A stretch of 64,000 bases of DNA, from assembly GCF_003334305.1 (NCBI RefSeq), contig NZ_QOWS01000003.1. One strand, written 5' to 3'. This document shows, piece by piece, positions 1 to 12,825 of the stretch. The stretch comes from Escherichia coli. Lineage in GTDB: Bacteria > Pseudomonadota > Gammaproteobacteria > Enterobacterales > Enterobacteriaceae. The notes under the pieces are model-generated. The model searched no databases and was not told the origin of the DNA. It saw only the letters and a program-made list of their open reading frames with translations. How positions within the stretch are numbered: the first letter of the stretch is position 1; each line of letters begins with the position of its first letter. The translations under genes were made by a program, and so were the position numbers.

Positions 1-73
1 ATGTGTACAATTGAGACGTATCGTGCGCAATTTTTTCAGAATCGAAAGGTTCAAAGTACAAATAAGCATATAA

Positions 74-394
<321 letters not shown>

Positions 395-469
395 GGTTTC
401 GGGCTGTTTTTTTACACGGGGAGCCAGCGATCCTGCGTTCCCCGCTGATCTATTTAGAGGGTTATACGC

Positions 470-1750
470 TTGTTTGACCGTTATGATGCTGGTGAGCAGG
501 CGGTACTGGTACACATCTATTTTACGCAAGACAAAGATATGGAAGACCTCCAGGAGTTTGAATCTCTGGTCTCTTCCGCCGGTGTCGAAGCATTGCAGGT
601 GATTACCGGTAGCCGTAAAGCGCCGCACCCAAAGTATTTTGTAGGTGAAGGTAAAGCAGTTGAAATTGCGGAAGCTGTCAAAGCGACGGGTGCTTCGGTC
701 GTTCTTTTTGACCATGCCCTGAGCCCGGCGCAAGAGCGTAACCTGGAGCGTTTGTGCGAGTGTCGTGTTATCGACCGCACCGGCCTTATTTTAGATATTT
801 TCGCCCAACGTGCGCGTACCCATGAGGGTAAGTTGCAGGTTGAGCTGGCGCAGCTGCGCCATCTGGCTACGCGCCTGGTGCGTGGCTGGACCCACCTTGA
901 AAGACAGAAAGGCGGGATAGGTTTGCGTGGTCCGGGTGAAACCCAGCTCGAAACCGACCGTCGTTTGTTGCGTAATCGCATCGTGCAGATACAGTCGCGC
1001 CTGGAAAGAGTTGAAAAGCAGCGTGAGCAGGGGCGGCAATCGCGTATCAAAGCCGACGTTCCTACTGTTTCGCTGGTGGGATATACCAACGCCGGTAAAT
1101 CTACCCTTTTCAATCGCATCACCGAAGCGCGGGTCTACGCGGCAGACCAGTTGTTTGCCACCCTCGACCCGACGTTGCGGCGTATTGACGTTGCAGATGT
1201 CGGTGAAACCGTGTTGGCAGATACCGTAGGGTTTATTCGCCACCTGCCGCACGATCTGGTGGCGGCATTTAAAGCCACGTTACAAGAGACGCGGCAAGCC
1301 ACATTACTGCTGCACGTCATTGATGCGGCGGATGTGCGTGTACAAGAAAACATCGAAGCGGTGAATACGGTTCTTGAAGAGATCGACGCTCACGAGATCC
1401 CAACCCTGCTGGTGATGAACAAGATCGATATGCTGGAAGATTTCGAACCGCGTATTGATCGGGACGAAGAGAACAAACCGATCCGTGTCTGGCTTTCCGC
1501 ACAGACCGGAGCGGGGATACCACAGCTTTTTCAGGCTTTGACGGAGCGGCTTTCCGGCGAGGTGGCGCAGCATACATTGCGTCTGCCACCGCAGGAAGGG
1601 CGTCTGAGAAGTCGTTTTTATCAGCTTCAGGCAATAGAAAAAGAGTGGATGGAGGAGGACGGCAGCGTAAGTCTGCAAGTTCGTATGCCGATCGTTGACT
1701 GGCGTCGCCTCTGTAAACAAGAACCGGCGTTGATCGATTACCTGATCTAA
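470..1750 (+). CDS. hflX: GTPase HflX
   Basis: 426-aa ORF with TTG start; G-domain motifs ([18 protein letters not shown]); immediately downstream of hfq as in the hfq-hflXKC operon. Confidence 0.95.
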   Translation: MFDRYDAGEQAVLVHIYFTQDKDMEDLQEFESLVSSAGVEALQVITGSRKAPHPKYFVGEGKAVEIAEAVKATGASVVLFDHALSPAQERNLERLCECRVIDRTGLILDIFAQRARTHEGKLQVELAQLRHLATRLVRGWTHLERQKGGIGLRGPGETQLETDRRLLRNRIVQIQSRLERVEKQREQGRQSRIKADVPTVSLVGYTNAGKSTLFNRITEARVYAADQLFATLDPTLRRIDVADVGETVLADTVGFIRHLPHDLVAAFKATLQETRQATLLLHVIDAADVRVQENIEAVNTVLEEIDAHEIPTLLVMNKIDMLEDFEPRIDRDEENKPIRVWLSAQTGAGIPQLFQALTERLSGEVAQHTLRLPPQEGRLRSRFYQLQAIEKEWMEEDGSVSLQVRMPIVDWRRLCKQEPALIDYLI

Positions 1751-1835
1751 CGGCGTAGCGTCTGAAGCGTGGAGTCATATCCTCTGGCGTCGAAAGACAA
1801 CAGGGATCACCGCATAACAAATATGGAGCACAAAC

Positions 1836-3095
1836 ATGGCGTGGAATCAGCCCGGTAATAACGGACAAGACCGCGACCCGTGGGGAAGCAGCAAACCTGG
1901 CGGCAACTCTGAGGGAAATGGAAACAAAGGCGGTCGCGATCAAGGGCCACCTGATTTAGATGATATCTTCCGCAAACTGAGCAAAAAGCTCGGTGGTCTG
2001 GGCGGCGGTAAAGGCACCGGATCTGGCGGTGGCAGTTCATCGCAAGGCCCGCGCCCGCAGCTTGGCGGTCGTGTCGTTACCATCGCAGCGGCAGCGATTG
2101 TCATTATCTGGGCGGCCAGTGGTTTCTATACCATTAAAGAAGCCGAACGCGGCGTGGTAACACGCTTTGGTAAATTCAGCCATCTGGTTGAGCCGGGTCT
2201 GAACTGGAAACCGACGTTTATCGACGAAGTCAAACCGGTGAACGTGGAAGCCGTGCGTGAACTGGCCGCTTCTGGTGTGATGCTGACGTCGGACGAGAAC
2301 GTAGTGCGCGTTGAGATGAACGTGCAGTACCGCGTCACCAATCCGGAAAAATATCTGTATAGCGTGACCAGCCCGGATGACAGCCTGCGTCAGGCTACCG
2401 ACAGCGCCCTGCGTGGAGTTATCGGTAAATACACCATGGACCGCATTCTGACGGAAGGTCGTACCGTGATTCGTAGCGATACTCAGCGCGAACTGGAAGA
2501 GACGATTCGTCCGTATGACATGGGTATCACGCTGCTGGACGTCAACTTCCAGGCTGCTCGTCCGCCGGAAGAAGTAAAAGCGGCGTTTGACGATGCGATT
2601 GCCGCGCGTGAAAACGAACAGCAATACATTCGTGAAGCAGAAGCGTATACCAACGAAGTTCAGCCGCGTGCGAACGGTCAGGCGCAACGTATCCTCGAAG
2701 AGGCGCGTGCGTACAAGGCCCAGACCATCCTGGAAGCTCAGGGTGAAGTGGCGCGCTTTGCTAAACTTCTGCCGGAATATAAAGCCGCGCCGGAAATTAC
2801 TCGCGAGCGTCTGTATATCGAGACGATGGAAAAAGTGTTGGGCAACACCCGCAAAGTGCTGGTTAACGACAAAGGTGGCAACCTGATGGTTCTGCCGTTA
2901 GACCAGATGCTGAAAGGTGGTAACGCCCCTGCGGCGAAGAGCGATAACGGTGCCAGCAATCTGCTGCGTCTGCCGCCAGCCTCTTCCTCCACAACCAGTG
3001 GAGCAAGCAACACGTCGTCCACCAGTCAGGGCGATATTATGGACCAACGCCGCGCCAACGCGCAGCGTAACGACTACCAGCGTCAGGGGGAATAA
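1836..3095 (+). CDS. hflK: FtsH protease modulator HflK (SPFH/band-7 family)
   Basis: 419-aa ORF; Gly-rich N-terminus, single TM segment, SPFH domain; conserved position. Confidence 0.95.
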   Translation: MAWNQPGNNGQDRDPWGSSKPGGNSEGNGNKGGRDQGPPDLDDIFRKLSKKLGGLGGGKGTGSGGGSSSQGPRPQLGGRVVTIAAAAIVIIWAASGFYTIKEAERGVVTRFGKFSHLVEPGLNWKPTFIDEVKPVNVEAVRELAASGVMLTSDENVVRVEMNVQYRVTNPEKYLYSVTSPDDSLRQATDSALRGVIGKYTMDRILTEGRTVIRSDTQRELEETIRPYDMGITLLDVNFQAARPPEEVKAAFDDAIAARENEQQYIREAEAYTNEVQPRANGQAQRILEEARAYKAQTILEAQGEVARFAKLLPEYKAAPEITRERLYIETMEKVLGNTRKVLVNDKGGNLMVLPLDQMLKGGNAPAAKSDNGASNLLRLPPASSSTTSGASNTSSTSQGDIMDQRRANAQRNDYQRQGE

Positions 3096-3097
3096 CG

Positions 3098-4102
3098 ATG
3101 CGTAAGTCAGTTATCGCGATTATCATCATCGTGCTGGTAGTGCTTTACATGTCTGTCTTTGTCGTCAAAGAAGGTGAGCGCGGTATTACGCTGCGTTTTG
3201 GTAAGGTACTGCGTGACGATGACAACAAACCTCTGGTTTATGAGCCGGGTCTGCATTTCAAGATACCGTTCATTGAAACGGTGAAAATGCTCGACGCACG
3301 TATTCAGACCATGGACAACCAGGCCGACCGCTTTGTGACCAAAGAGAAGAAAGACCTGATCGTCGATTCTTACATCAAATGGCGCATCAGCGATTTCAGC
3401 CGTTACTACCTGGCAACGGGTGGTGGCGACATTTCGCAAGCGGAAGTGCTGTTGAAACGTAAGTTCTCTGACCGTCTGCGTTCTGAAATTGGTCGCCTGG
3501 ACGTGAAAGATATCGTCACTGATTCCCGTGGTCGTCTGACCCTCGAAGTACGTGACGCGCTGAACTCCGGTTCTGCGGGTACAGAAGATGAAGTTACTAC
3601 CCCGGCAGCAGATAACGCCATTGCCGAAGCGGCAGAGCGCGTAACGGCTGAGACGAAGGGCAAAGTTCCGGTCATCAACCCGAACAGTATGGCGGCGCTG
3701 GGTATTGAAGTTGTCGATGTGCGTATCAAGCAGATCAACCTGCCGACCGAAGTGTCTGAAGCGATCTACAACCGTATGCGCGCCGAGCGTGAAGCGGTAG
3801 CGCGTCGTCACCGTTCACAAGGTCAGGAAGAAGCGGAAAAACTGCGCGCGACTGCCGACTATGAAGTGACCAGAACGCTGGCAGAAGCTGAGCGTCAGGG
3901 CCGCATCATGCGTGGTGAAGGCGATGCCGAAGCAGCCAAACTGTTTGCTGATGCATTCAGTAAAGATCCGGACTTCTACGCATTCATCCGTAGCCTGCGT
4001 GCTTATGAGAACAGCTTCTCTGGCAATCAGGACGTGATGGTCATGAGCCCGGATAGCGATTTCTTCCGCTACATGAAGACGCCGACTTCCGCAACGCGTT
4101 AA
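3098..4102 (+). CDS. hflC: FtsH protease modulator HflC (SPFH family)
   Basis: 334-aa ORF; N-terminal TM segment plus SPFH domain; 2-nt spacer after hflK. Confidence 0.95.
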   Translation: MRKSVIAIIIIVLVVLYMSVFVVKEGERGITLRFGKVLRDDDNKPLVYEPGLHFKIPFIETVKMLDARIQTMDNQADRFVTKEKKDLIVDSYIKWRISDFSRYYLATGGGDISQAEVLLKRKFSDRLRSEIGRLDVKDIVTDSRGRLTLEVRDALNSGSAGTEDEVTTPAADNAIAEAAERVTAETKGKVPVINPNSMAALGIEVVDVRIKQINLPTEVSEAIYNRMRAEREAVARRHRSQGQEEAEKLRATADYEVTRTLAEAERQGRIMRGEGDAEAAKLFADAFSKDPDFYAFIRSLRAYENSFSGNQDVMVMSPDSDFFRYMKTPTSATR

Positions 4103-4131
4103 TATAACGACTGCGGTACAGGTCAATAAAG

Positions 4132-4168
4132 CCACCGCATCCTCAGGGATGTCGGTGGTTTTCTTTTT
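4132..4168 (+). terminator. Rho-independent terminator after hflC
   Basis: GC stem ccaccgcatcc...ggatgtcggtgg followed by ttttcttttt. Confidence 0.6.
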
Positions 4169-4183
4169 CTATAAGGATAATGA

Positions 4184-4381
4184 ATGAATTCGACAATCTG
4201 GCTGGCGCTTGCCCTGGTTTTGGTACTGGAAGGTTTAGGGCCGATGCTTTACCCGAAGGCATGGAAGAAGATGATCTCTGCGATGACCAATTTGCCCGAT
4301 AATATTTTACGTCGTTTTGGCGGTGGACTTGTGGTTGCGGGCGTTGTGGTCTACTACATGTTGAGGAAAACGATTGGCTGA
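4184..4381 (+). CDS. yjeT: small inner-membrane protein YjeT (DUF2065)
   Basis: 65-aa hydrophobic ORF with RBS aaggataa; conserved position between hflC and purA. Confidence 0.85.
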   Translation: MNSTIWLALALVLVLEGLGPMLYPKAWKKMISAMTNLPDNILRRFGGGLVVAGVVVYYMLRKTIG

Positions 4382-4462
4382 ACAAAAAACAGACTGATCG
4401 AGGTCATTTTTGAGTGCAAAAAGTGCTGTAACTCTGAAAAAGCGATGGTAGAATCCATTTTT

Positions 4463-4478
4463 AAGCAAACGGTGATTT
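4463..4478 (+). promoter_or_regulatory. candidate PurR operator in purA leader
   Basis: aagcaaacggtgattt resembles the PurR box core gcaaacg; an extended -10-like tggtagaat lies just upstream (4445-4453). Confidence 0.4.
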
Positions 4479-4481
4479 TGA

Positions 4482-5783
<1,302 letters not shown>

Positions 5784-5987
5784 TTCTGGTACGCCTGGCA
5801 GATATTTTGCCTGCCGGGCTAACAGTGTGATACATTGCTGTGTCGGTTAAGCCATTACGCTATCCGACACAGTGTTAAATCCTCGCTTTTTTCCTTCCCC
5901 GAACTGAAATAAATTAGCGACACAGCTTGTGGCTGGTTTATCATCAATATAAATGTATTTTTTCCCGATTTCCCTTTTGAGGTTGAT

Positions 5988-6413
5988 GTGCAGTTAACGA
6001 GTTTCACTGATTACGGATTACGTGCGCTGATCTACATGGCGTCATTGCCAGAAGGGCGGATGACCAGTATTTCTGAAGTGACTGACGTCTACGGCGTCTC
6101 CCGTAATCATATGGTCAAAATAATCAATCAACTTAGTCGTGCCGGCTACGTGACTGCTGTTCGTGGAAAAAATGGCGGCATTCGCCTGGGTAAATCGGCG
6201 AGTGCGATACGTATTGGTGATGTGGTGCGCGAGCTGGAGCCCTTATCGCTGGTGAATTGCAGCAGTGAGTTTTGCCACATTACACCTGCCTGTCGGTTGA
6301 AACAGGCGCTTTCTAAGGCCGTGCAAAGTTTTCTTACGGAACTGGATAACTACACGCTTGCCGATTTGGTTGAAGAGAATCAACCGCTTTATAAATTATT
6401 GCTGGTGGAGTGA
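5988..6413 (+). CDS. nsrR: nitric-oxide-sensing repressor NsrR (Rrf2 family)
   Basis: 141-aa ORF with GTG start; Rrf2 HTH and three C-terminal Cys; directly upstream of rnr. Confidence 0.93.
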   Translation: MQLTSFTDYGLRALIYMASLPEGRMTSISEVTDVYGVSRNHMVKIINQLSRAGYVTAVRGKNGGIRLGKSASAIRIGDVVRELEPLSLVNCSSEFCHITPACRLKQALSKAVQSFLTELDNYTLADLVEENQPLYKLLLVE

Positions 6414-6451
6414 CGAAAATCTTCATCAGAGATGACAACGGAGGAACCGAG

Positions 6452-8893
6452 ATGTCACAAGATCCTTTCCAGGAACGCGAAGCTGAAAAATACGCGAATC
6501 CCATCCCTAGTCGGGAATTTATCCTCGAACATTTAACCAAACGTGAAAAACCGGCCAGCCGTGATGAGCTGGCGGTAGAACTGCACATTGAAGGCGAAGA
6601 GCAGCTTGAAGGCCTGCGTCGCCGCCTGCGCGCGATGGAGCGCGATGGTCAACTGGTCTTCACTCGTCGTCAGTGCTATGCGCTGCCGGAACGCCTCGAC
6701 CTGGTGAAAGGTACCGTTATTGGCCACCGTGATGGCTACGGCTTTCTGCGGGTTGAAGGGCGTAAAGATGATTTGTATCTCTCCAGCGAGCAGATGAAAA
6801 CCTGCATTCATGGCGATCAGGTGCTGGCGCAGCCGCTGGGCGCTGACCGTAAAGGTCGTCGTGAAGCGCGTATTGTCCGCGTACTGGTGCCAAAAACCAG
6901 CCAGATTGTTGGTCGCTACTTTACTGAAGCGGGCGTCGGCTTTGTGGTTCCTGACGATAGCCGTCTGAGCTTCGATATCTTAATCCCGCCCGATCAGATC
7001 ATGGGCGCGCGGATGGGCTTTGTGGTCGTAGTCGAACTGACTCAGCGTCCGACTCGCCGCACCAAAGCGGTGGGTAAAATCGTCGAAGTGCTGGGCGACA
7101 ATATGGGCACCGGCATGGCGGTTGATATCGCTCTGCGTACCCATGAAATTCCGTACATCTGGCCGCAGGCTGTTGAGCAACAGGTTGCCGGGCTGAAAGA
7201 AGAAGTGCCGGAAGAAGCAAAAGCGGGCCGTGTTGATCTGCGCGATTTACCGCTGGTCACCATTGATGGCGAAGACGCCCGTGACTTTGACGATGCAGTT
7301 TACTGCGAGAAAAAACGCGGCGGCGGCTGGCGTTTATGGGTCGCGATTGCCGACGTCAGCTACTATGTGCGTCCGCCAACGCCGCTGGACAGAGAAGCGC
7401 GTAACCGTGGCACGTCGGTGTACTTCCCTTCGCAGGTTATCCCGATGCTGCCGGAAGTGCTCTCTAACGGCCTGTGTTCGCTCAACCCGCAGGTAGACCG
7501 CCTGTGTATGGTGTGCGAGATGACGGTTTCGTCGAAAGGCCGCCTGACGGGCTACAAATTCTACGAAGCGGTGATGAGCTCTCACGCGCGTCTGACCTAC
7601 ACCAAAGTCTGGCATATTCTGCAGGGCGATCAGGATCTGCGCGAGCAGTACGCCCCGCTGGTTAAGCATCTCGAAGAGTTGCATAACCTCTATAAAGTGC
7701 TGGATAAAGCCCGTGAAGAACGCGGTGGGATCTCATTTGAGAGCGAAGAAGCGAAGTTCATTTTCAACGCTGAACGCCGTATTGAACGTATCGAACAGAC
7801 CCAGCGTAACGACGCGCACAAATTAATTGAAGAGTGCATGATTCTGGCGAATATCTCGGCGGCGCGTTTCGTTGAGAAAGCGAAAGAACCGGCACTGTTC
7901 CGTATTCACGACAAGCCGAGCACCGAAGCGATTACCTCTTTCCGTTCAGTGCTGGCGGAGCTGGGGCTGGAGCTGCCGGGTGGTAACAAGCCGGAACCGC
8001 GTGACTACGCGGAACTGCTGGAGTCGGTTGCCGACCGTCCTGATGCAGAAATGCTGCAAACCATGCTGCTACGCTCGATGAAACAGGCGATTTACGATCC
8101 AGAAAACCGTGGTCACTTCGGTCTGGCATTGCAGTCCTATGCGCACTTTACTTCGCCGATTCGTCGTTATCCTGACCTGACGCTGCACCGCGCCATTAAA
8201 TATCTGCTGGCGAAAGAGCAGGGGCATCAGGGCAACACCACTGAAACCGGCGGCTACCATTATTCGATGGAAGAGATGTTGCAACTGGGTCAGCACTGTT
8301 CGATGGCGGAACGTTGTGCCGACGAAGCAACGCGCGATGTCGCTGACTGGCTGAAGTGTGACTTCATGCTCGACCAGGTAGGTAACGTCTTTAAAGGCGT
8401 AATTTCCAGCGTCACTGGCTTTGGCTTCTTCGTCCGTCTGGACGACTTGTTCATTGATGGTCTGGTCCATGTCTCTTCGCTGGACAATGACTACTATCGC
8501 TTTGACCAGGTAGGGCAACGCCTGATGGGGGAATCCAGCGGCCAGACTTATCGCCTGGGCGATCGCGTGGAAGTTCGCGTCGAAGCGGTTAATATGGACG
8601 AGCGCAAAATCGACTTTAGTCTGATCTCCAGTGAACGCGCACCGCGCAACGTCGGTAAAACGGCGCGCGAGAAAGCGAAAAAAGGCGATGCAGGCAAAAA
8701 AGGCGGCAAGCGTCGTCAGGTCGGTAAAAAGGTAAACTTTGAGCCAGACAGCGCCTTCCGCGGTGAGAAAAAAACGAAGCCGAAAGCGGCGAAGAAAGAC
8801 GCGAGAAAAGCGAAAAAGCCATCGGCGAAAACGCAGAAAATAGCCGCAGCGACCAAAGCGAAGCGTGCGGCGAAGAAAAAAGTGGCAGAGTGA
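6452..8893 (+). CDS. rnr: ribonuclease R
   Basis: ORF track gives 6410-8893; start chosen at ATG 6452, preceded by ggagg, giving 813 aa; RNB domain, S1 domain and Lys-rich C-terminal tail. Confidence 0.93.
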   Translation: MSQDPFQEREAEKYANPIPSREFILEHLTKREKPASRDELAVELHIEGEEQLEGLRRRLRAMERDGQLVFTRRQCYALPERLDLVKGTVIGHRDGYGFLRVEGRKDDLYLSSEQMKTCIHGDQVLAQPLGADRKGRREARIVRVLVPKTSQIVGRYFTEAGVGFVVPDDSRLSFDILIPPDQIMGARMGFVVVVELTQRPTRRTKAVGKIVEVLGDNMGTGMAVDIALRTHEIPYIWPQAVEQQVAGLKEEVPEEAKAGRVDLRDLPLVTIDGEDARDFDDAVYCEKKRGGGWRLWVAIADVSYYVRPPTPLDREARNRGTSVYFPSQVIPMLPEVLSNGLCSLNPQVDRLCMVCEMTVSSKGRLTGYKFYEAVMSSHARLTYTKVWHILQGDQDLREQYAPLVKHLEELHNLYKVLDKAREERGGISFESEEAKFIFNAERRIERIEQTQRNDAHKLIEECMILANISAARFVEKAKEPALFRIHDKPSTEAITSFRSVLAELGLELPGGNKPEPRDYAELLESVADRPDAEMLQTMLLRSMKQAIYDPENRGHFGLALQSYAHFTSPIRRYPDLTLHRAIKYLLAKEQGHQGNTTETGGYHYSMEEMLQLGQHCSMAERCADEATRDVADWLKCDFMLDQVGNVFKGVISSVTGFGFFVRLDDLFIDGLVHVSSLDNDYYRFDQVGQRLMGESSGQTYRLGDRVEVRVEAVNMDERKIDFSLISSERAPRNVGKTAREKAKKGDAGKKGGKRRQVGKKVNFEPDSAFRGEKKTKPKAAKKDARKAKKPSAKTQKIAAATKAKRAAKKKVAE

Positions 8894-8950
8894 TCAATAC
8901 CCTCTTTAAAAGAAGAGGGTTAGATTGCTGACAAAATGCGCTTTGTTCAT

Positions 8951-9047
8951 GCCGGATGCGGCGTGAACGCCTTATCCGGCCTACATAATCACGCAAATTC
9001 AATATATTGCAGAGATCATGTAGGCCGGATAAACGTAGTGCATCAGG
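8951..9047. repeat. REP (repetitive extragenic palindromic) element pair
   Basis: gccggatgcggcgtgaacgccttatccggcctaca and inverted copy tgtaggccggataaacg... Confidence 0.6.
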
Positions 9048-9072
9048 CAAAACGTAAACAACGAGTACATTA

Positions 9073-9804
9073 ATGAGCGAAATGATTTACGGCATCCACG
9101 CAGTGCAGGCCCTGCTGGAGCGCGCCCCTGAACGTTTTCAGGAAGTCTTTATTTTAAAAGGCCGTGAAGATAAACGTCTGTTACCGCTGATTCACGCCCT
9201 TGAGTCTCAGGGCGTGGTTATCCAGTTGGCAAACCGCCAATATCTCGACGAGAAAAGCGACGGTGCCGTGCATCAGGGCATTATCGCCCGCGTGAAGCCA
9301 GGACGTCAGTATCAGGAAAATGATCTGCCGGATCTGATCGCTTCGCTCGATCAACCGTTCCTGCTAATCCTCGACGGTGTAACCGATCCGCACAACCTCG
9401 GCGCGTGCCTGCGTAGCGCGGACGCTGCTGGCGTTCACGCGGTGATTGTGCCGAAAGATCGCTCCGCACAGCTCAACGCTACGGCGAAAAAAGTAGCCTG
9501 CGGCGCGGCAGAAAGCGTTCCACTGATTCGGGTGACTAACCTTGCGCGCACCATGCGTATGTTGCAGGAAGAGAATATCTGGATCGTCGGTACGGCAGGC
9601 GAGGCGGATCATACACTCTATCAGAGCAAAATGACCGGACGCCTGGCGCTGGTGATGGGCGCGGAAGGTGAAGGTATGCGTCGCCTGACCCGTGAACATT
9701 GCGATGAGTTGATCAGCATCCCAATGGCAGGAAGTGTTTCTTCCCTGAACGTTTCGGTTGCAACCGGAATTTGCTTATTTGAAGCGGTTCGTCAGCGCAG
9801 CTAG
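9073..9804 (+). CDS. rlmB: 23S rRNA (guanosine-2'-O)-methyltransferase RlmB (SpoU/TrmH family)
   Basis: 243-aa ORF; SpoU methylase motifs; conserved position after rnr. Confidence 0.93.
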
Positions 9805-9824
9805 TTCGTCTGAATTATGAAAAG

Positions 9825-9851
9825 CCATCCAGATTTGGATGGTTTTTTTTT
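9825..9851 (+). terminator. Rho-independent terminator after rlmB
   Basis: ccatccagatttggatgg hairpin followed by ttttttttt. Confidence 0.65.
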
Positions 9852-9930
9852 GTCTATAGCTGGTAAGATAATTACGTACTGCAAATATTCATTTTATTAA
9901 TATTTAAACTAAATCTATATGGAATAATAT

Positions 9931-10332
9931 ATGACATGGAATCCGTTGGCGCTGGCGACGGCGCTGCAAACTGTACCTGAACAAAATATTGATGTGACAA
10001 ATAGCGAGAGCGCATTAATTATTAAAATGAATGATTATGGCGATTTGCAAATCAATATTCTTTTTACTTCCCGCCAAATGATTATCGAAACCTTTATTTG
10101 TCCGGTAAGTAGTATCAGCAATCCAGATGAATTTAATACCTTCTTATTAAGAAATCAGAAGATGATGCCGTTGTCATCGGTAGGAATCTCCAGCGTGCAA
10201 CAGGAAGAGTATTACATTGTTTTCGGGGCGTTATCGCTTAAATCTTCTCTTGAAGATATCCTGCTTGAGATAACCTCGCTGGTAGATAACGCATTGGATC
10301 TGGCTGAAATTACAGAAGAATATTCACACTAA
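9931..10332 (+). CDS. yjfI: DUF2170 protein YjfI
   Basis: 133-aa ORF; first gene of the yjfIJKLMC cluster. Confidence 0.85.
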   Translation: MTWNPLALATALQTVPEQNIDVTNSESALIIKMNDYGDLQINILFTSRQMIIETFICPVSSISNPDEFNTFLLRNQKMMPLSSVGISSVQQEEYYIVFGALSLKSSLEDILLEITSLVDNALDLAEITEEYSH

Positions 10333-10350
10333 TTACAAGGACGGGTATTT

Positions 10351-11037
10351 ATGGGAATTTTAAAAAGTTTATTTACGCTGGGGAAATCGTTTATCTCCCA
10401 GGCGGAAGAATCCATTGAAGAAACCCAGGGCGTGCGCATGCTGGAACAGCATATTCGTGACGCTAAAGCTGAACTCGATAAAGCCGGAAAATCTCGCGTT
10501 GATCTGCTGGCGCGGGTGAAATTAAGTCACGATAAGCTGAAAGATTTACGTGAGCGCAAAGCCAGTCTGGAAGCCCGTGCGCTGGAAGCGTTAAGCAAGA
10601 ACGTTAATCCGTCGTTGATTAACGAAGTTGCTGAAGAAATCGCGCGCCTTGAGAATCTCATTACCGCTGAAGAGCAAGTGTTGTCGAATCTGGAAGTCTC
10701 CCGTGATGGCGTGGAAAAAGCAGTTACAGCGACAGCGCAGCGTATCGCTCAGTTTGAGCAGCAAATGGAAGTCGTTAAAGCCACTGAAGCCATGCAGCGT
10801 GCACAACAGGCTGTAACAACCTCTACCGTTGGCGCATCTTCCAGCGTTTCGACAGCGGCAGAATCCTTAAAACGCCTGCAAACGCGTCAGGCCGAACGTC
10901 AGGCTCGCCTGGATGCTGCTGCACAGTTGGAAAAAGTCGCAGACGGTCGCGATCTTGATGAAAAGCTGGCGGAAGCCGGAATTGGCGGTAGCAATAAAAG
11001 TAGCGCCCAGGATGTATTAGCAAGACTGCAACGCTAA
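10351..11037 (+). CDS. yjfJ: PspA/IM30-family coiled-coil protein YjfJ
   Basis: 228-aa ORF; long coiled-coil composition typical of PspA/IM30. Confidence 0.85.
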   Translation: MGILKSLFTLGKSFISQAEESIEETQGVRMLEQHIRDAKAELDKAGKSRVDLLARVKLSHDKLKDLRERKASLEARALEALSKNVNPSLINEVAEEIARLENLITAEEQVLSNLEVSRDGVEKAVTATAQRIAQFEQQMEVVKATEAMQRAQQAVTTSTVGASSSVSTAAESLKRLQTRQAERQARLDAAAQLEKVADGRDLDEKLAEAGIGGSNKSSAQDVLARLQR

Positions 11038-11056
11038 CAGGGCGAGTAATTTTTTT

Positions 11057-11090
11057 GCCAGCCTCGCTAAAAGGCTGGCAACTATTTTAA
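11057..11090 (+). terminator. candidate hairpin/attenuating terminator after yjfJ
   Basis: gccagcc tcgctaaaa ggctggc hairpin with a weak T-run. Confidence 0.4.
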
Positions 11091-11099
11091 GGATAAAAT

Positions 11100-11759
11100 A
11101 TGTCTGGTTTTTTCCAGCGTCTGTTTGGCAAGGATAATAAGCCTGCTATCGCTCGCGGTCCGCTGGGACTTCATCTCAATAGTGGCTTTACGCTCGACAC
11201 GTTAGCGTTTCGTTTGCTGGAAGATGAATTGCTGATTGCGCTGCCGGGTGAGGAATTTACGGTAGCCGCTGTCAGCCACATCGATCTGGGCGGCGGTAGT
11301 CAGATTTTCCGCTACTACACTTCAGGCGATGAATTTCTGCAAATCAATACCACCGGCGGCGAAGATATTGATGACATTGATGATATCAAGCTCTTTGTCT
11401 ATGAAGAGAGCTACGGTATCAGTAAAGAGAGTCACTGGCGCGAGGCGATCAACGCCAAAGTGATGGGGGCAATGATCTTAAACTGGCAGGAAAAACGCTG
11501 GCAGCGATTTTTTAACAGCGAAGAACCGGGAAATATCGAACCCGTCTACATGCTGGAAAAAGTAGAAAATCAAAACCATGCCAAATGGGAGGTCCATAAT
11601 TTTACCATGGGCTACCAACGCCAAGTAACCGAAGATACTTACGAATATTTGCTGTTAAATGGTGAGGAATCTTTTAACGATCTCGGCGAGCCAGAGTGGT
11701 TATTTTCGCGCGCGTTGGGTGTCGATATCCCGCTGACATCACTTCATATTATTGGTTAA
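11100..11759 (+). CDS. yjfK: DUF2491 protein YjfK
   Basis: 219-aa ORF. Confidence 0.85.
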   Translation: MSGFFQRLFGKDNKPAIARGPLGLHLNSGFTLDTLAFRLLEDELLIALPGEEFTVAAVSHIDLGGGSQIFRYYTSGDEFLQINTTGGEDIDDIDDIKLFVYEESYGISKESHWREAINAKVMGAMILNWQEKRWQRFFNSEEPGNIEPVYMLEKVENQNHAKWEVHNFTMGYQRQVTEDTYEYLLLNGEESFNDLGEPEWLFSRALGVDIPLTSLHIIG

Positions 11760-11776
11760 TTACAAGGACGTTTACA

Positions 11777-12175
11777 ATGCATATACTGGATTCACTTCTT
11801 GCCTTTAGTGCCTATTTTTTTATTGGCGTGGCTATGGTGATTATTTTTCTGTTTATCTACTCCAAAATTACACCGCACAACGAATGGCAATTAATCAAAA
11901 ACAATAATACCGCGGCGTCACTGGCATTCAGCGGTACATTGTTGGGTTACGTGATCCCCTTATCCAGTGCGGCAATCAATGCGGTGAGTATTCCAGACTA
12001 TTTCGCCTGGGGCGGGATTGCACTGGTGATTCAGTTACTCGTTTTTGCTGGTGTCAGACTTTATATGCCCGCATTAAGCGAAAAAATTATTAATCACAAT
12101 ACCGCAGCAGGAATGTTTATGGGAACCGCCGCACTGGCTGGTGGTATTTTTAACGCAGCTTGTATGACATGGTAA
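11777..12175 (+). CDS. yjfL: DUF350 inner-membrane protein YjfL
   Basis: ATG at 11777 gives 132 aa (MHILDSLL...), hydrophobic; the longer ORF from 11696 overlaps yjfK. Confidence 0.8.
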   Translation: MHILDSLLAFSAYFFIGVAMVIIFLFIYSKITPHNEWQLIKNNNTAASLAFSGTLLGYVIPLSSAAINAVSIPDYFAWGGIALVIQLLVFAGVRLYMPALSEKIINHNTAAGMFMGTAALAGGIFNAACMTW

Positions 12176-12184
12176 TGGACGATC

Positions 12185-12823
12185 ATGGCCAGAAAACGCA
12201 AATCAAGAAATAACAGTAAAATTGGTCACGGAGCGATCAGTCGCATTGGAAGACCGCATAATCCTTTTGAGCCGCGCCGCAATCGCTACGCACAAAAATA
12301 CTTAACGTTGGTGCTAATGGGCGGTGCCGTTTTTTTAATAGTCAAAGGATGGAGTGAAAGTGGCGATGTCGATAACGACGGCGACGGAACGTTTTATTCG
12401 ACAGTGCAGGATTGTATTGATGACGGTAATAATGCCGACATTTGCGCGCGTGGCTGGAACAACGCCAAAGCGGCATTTTATGCCGATGTTCCGAAGAATA
12501 TGACTCAGCAGAATTGTCAGTCTAAGTACGAAAATTGCTACTACGACAATGTTGAACAGAGTTGGATCCCGGTCGTTTCTGGATTTTTGTTAAGCCGAGT
12601 TATTCGTAAAGATCGCGATGAGCCGTTCGTCTATAACAGCGGCGGATCCTCATTTGCTTCCCGCCCCGTCTGGCGCAACACTTCCGGTGATTACTCCTGG
12701 CGCTCCGGTTCTGGCAAAAAAGAGTCTTACTCTTCAGGCGGCTTTACCACCAAAAAAGCGTCAACCGTTTCGCGCGGCGGCTATGGTCGTTCTTCCAGCG
12801 CCCGTGGGCATTGGGGAGGCTAA
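12185..12823 (+). CDS. yjfM: DUF1190 protein YjfM
   Basis: 212-aa ORF, Gly/Ser-rich C-terminal half. Confidence 0.8.
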   Translation: MARKRKSRNNSKIGHGAISRIGRPHNPFEPRRNRYAQKYLTLVLMGGAVFLIVKGWSESGDVDNDGDGTFYSTVQDCIDDGNNADICARGWNNAKAAFYADVPKNMTQQNCQSKYENCYYDNVEQSWIPVVSGFLLSRVIRKDRDEPFVYNSGGSSFASRPVWRNTSGDYSWRSGSGKKESYSSGGFTTKKASTVSRGGYGRSSSARGHWGG

Positions 12824-12825
12824 TC

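Noticed and set aside
6410-6451. Upstream extension of the rnr ORF (827 aa with GTG start)
   Set aside because: ATG at 6452 with a ggagg RBS gives the expected 813-aa RNase R; the extension overlaps the nsrR 3' end.
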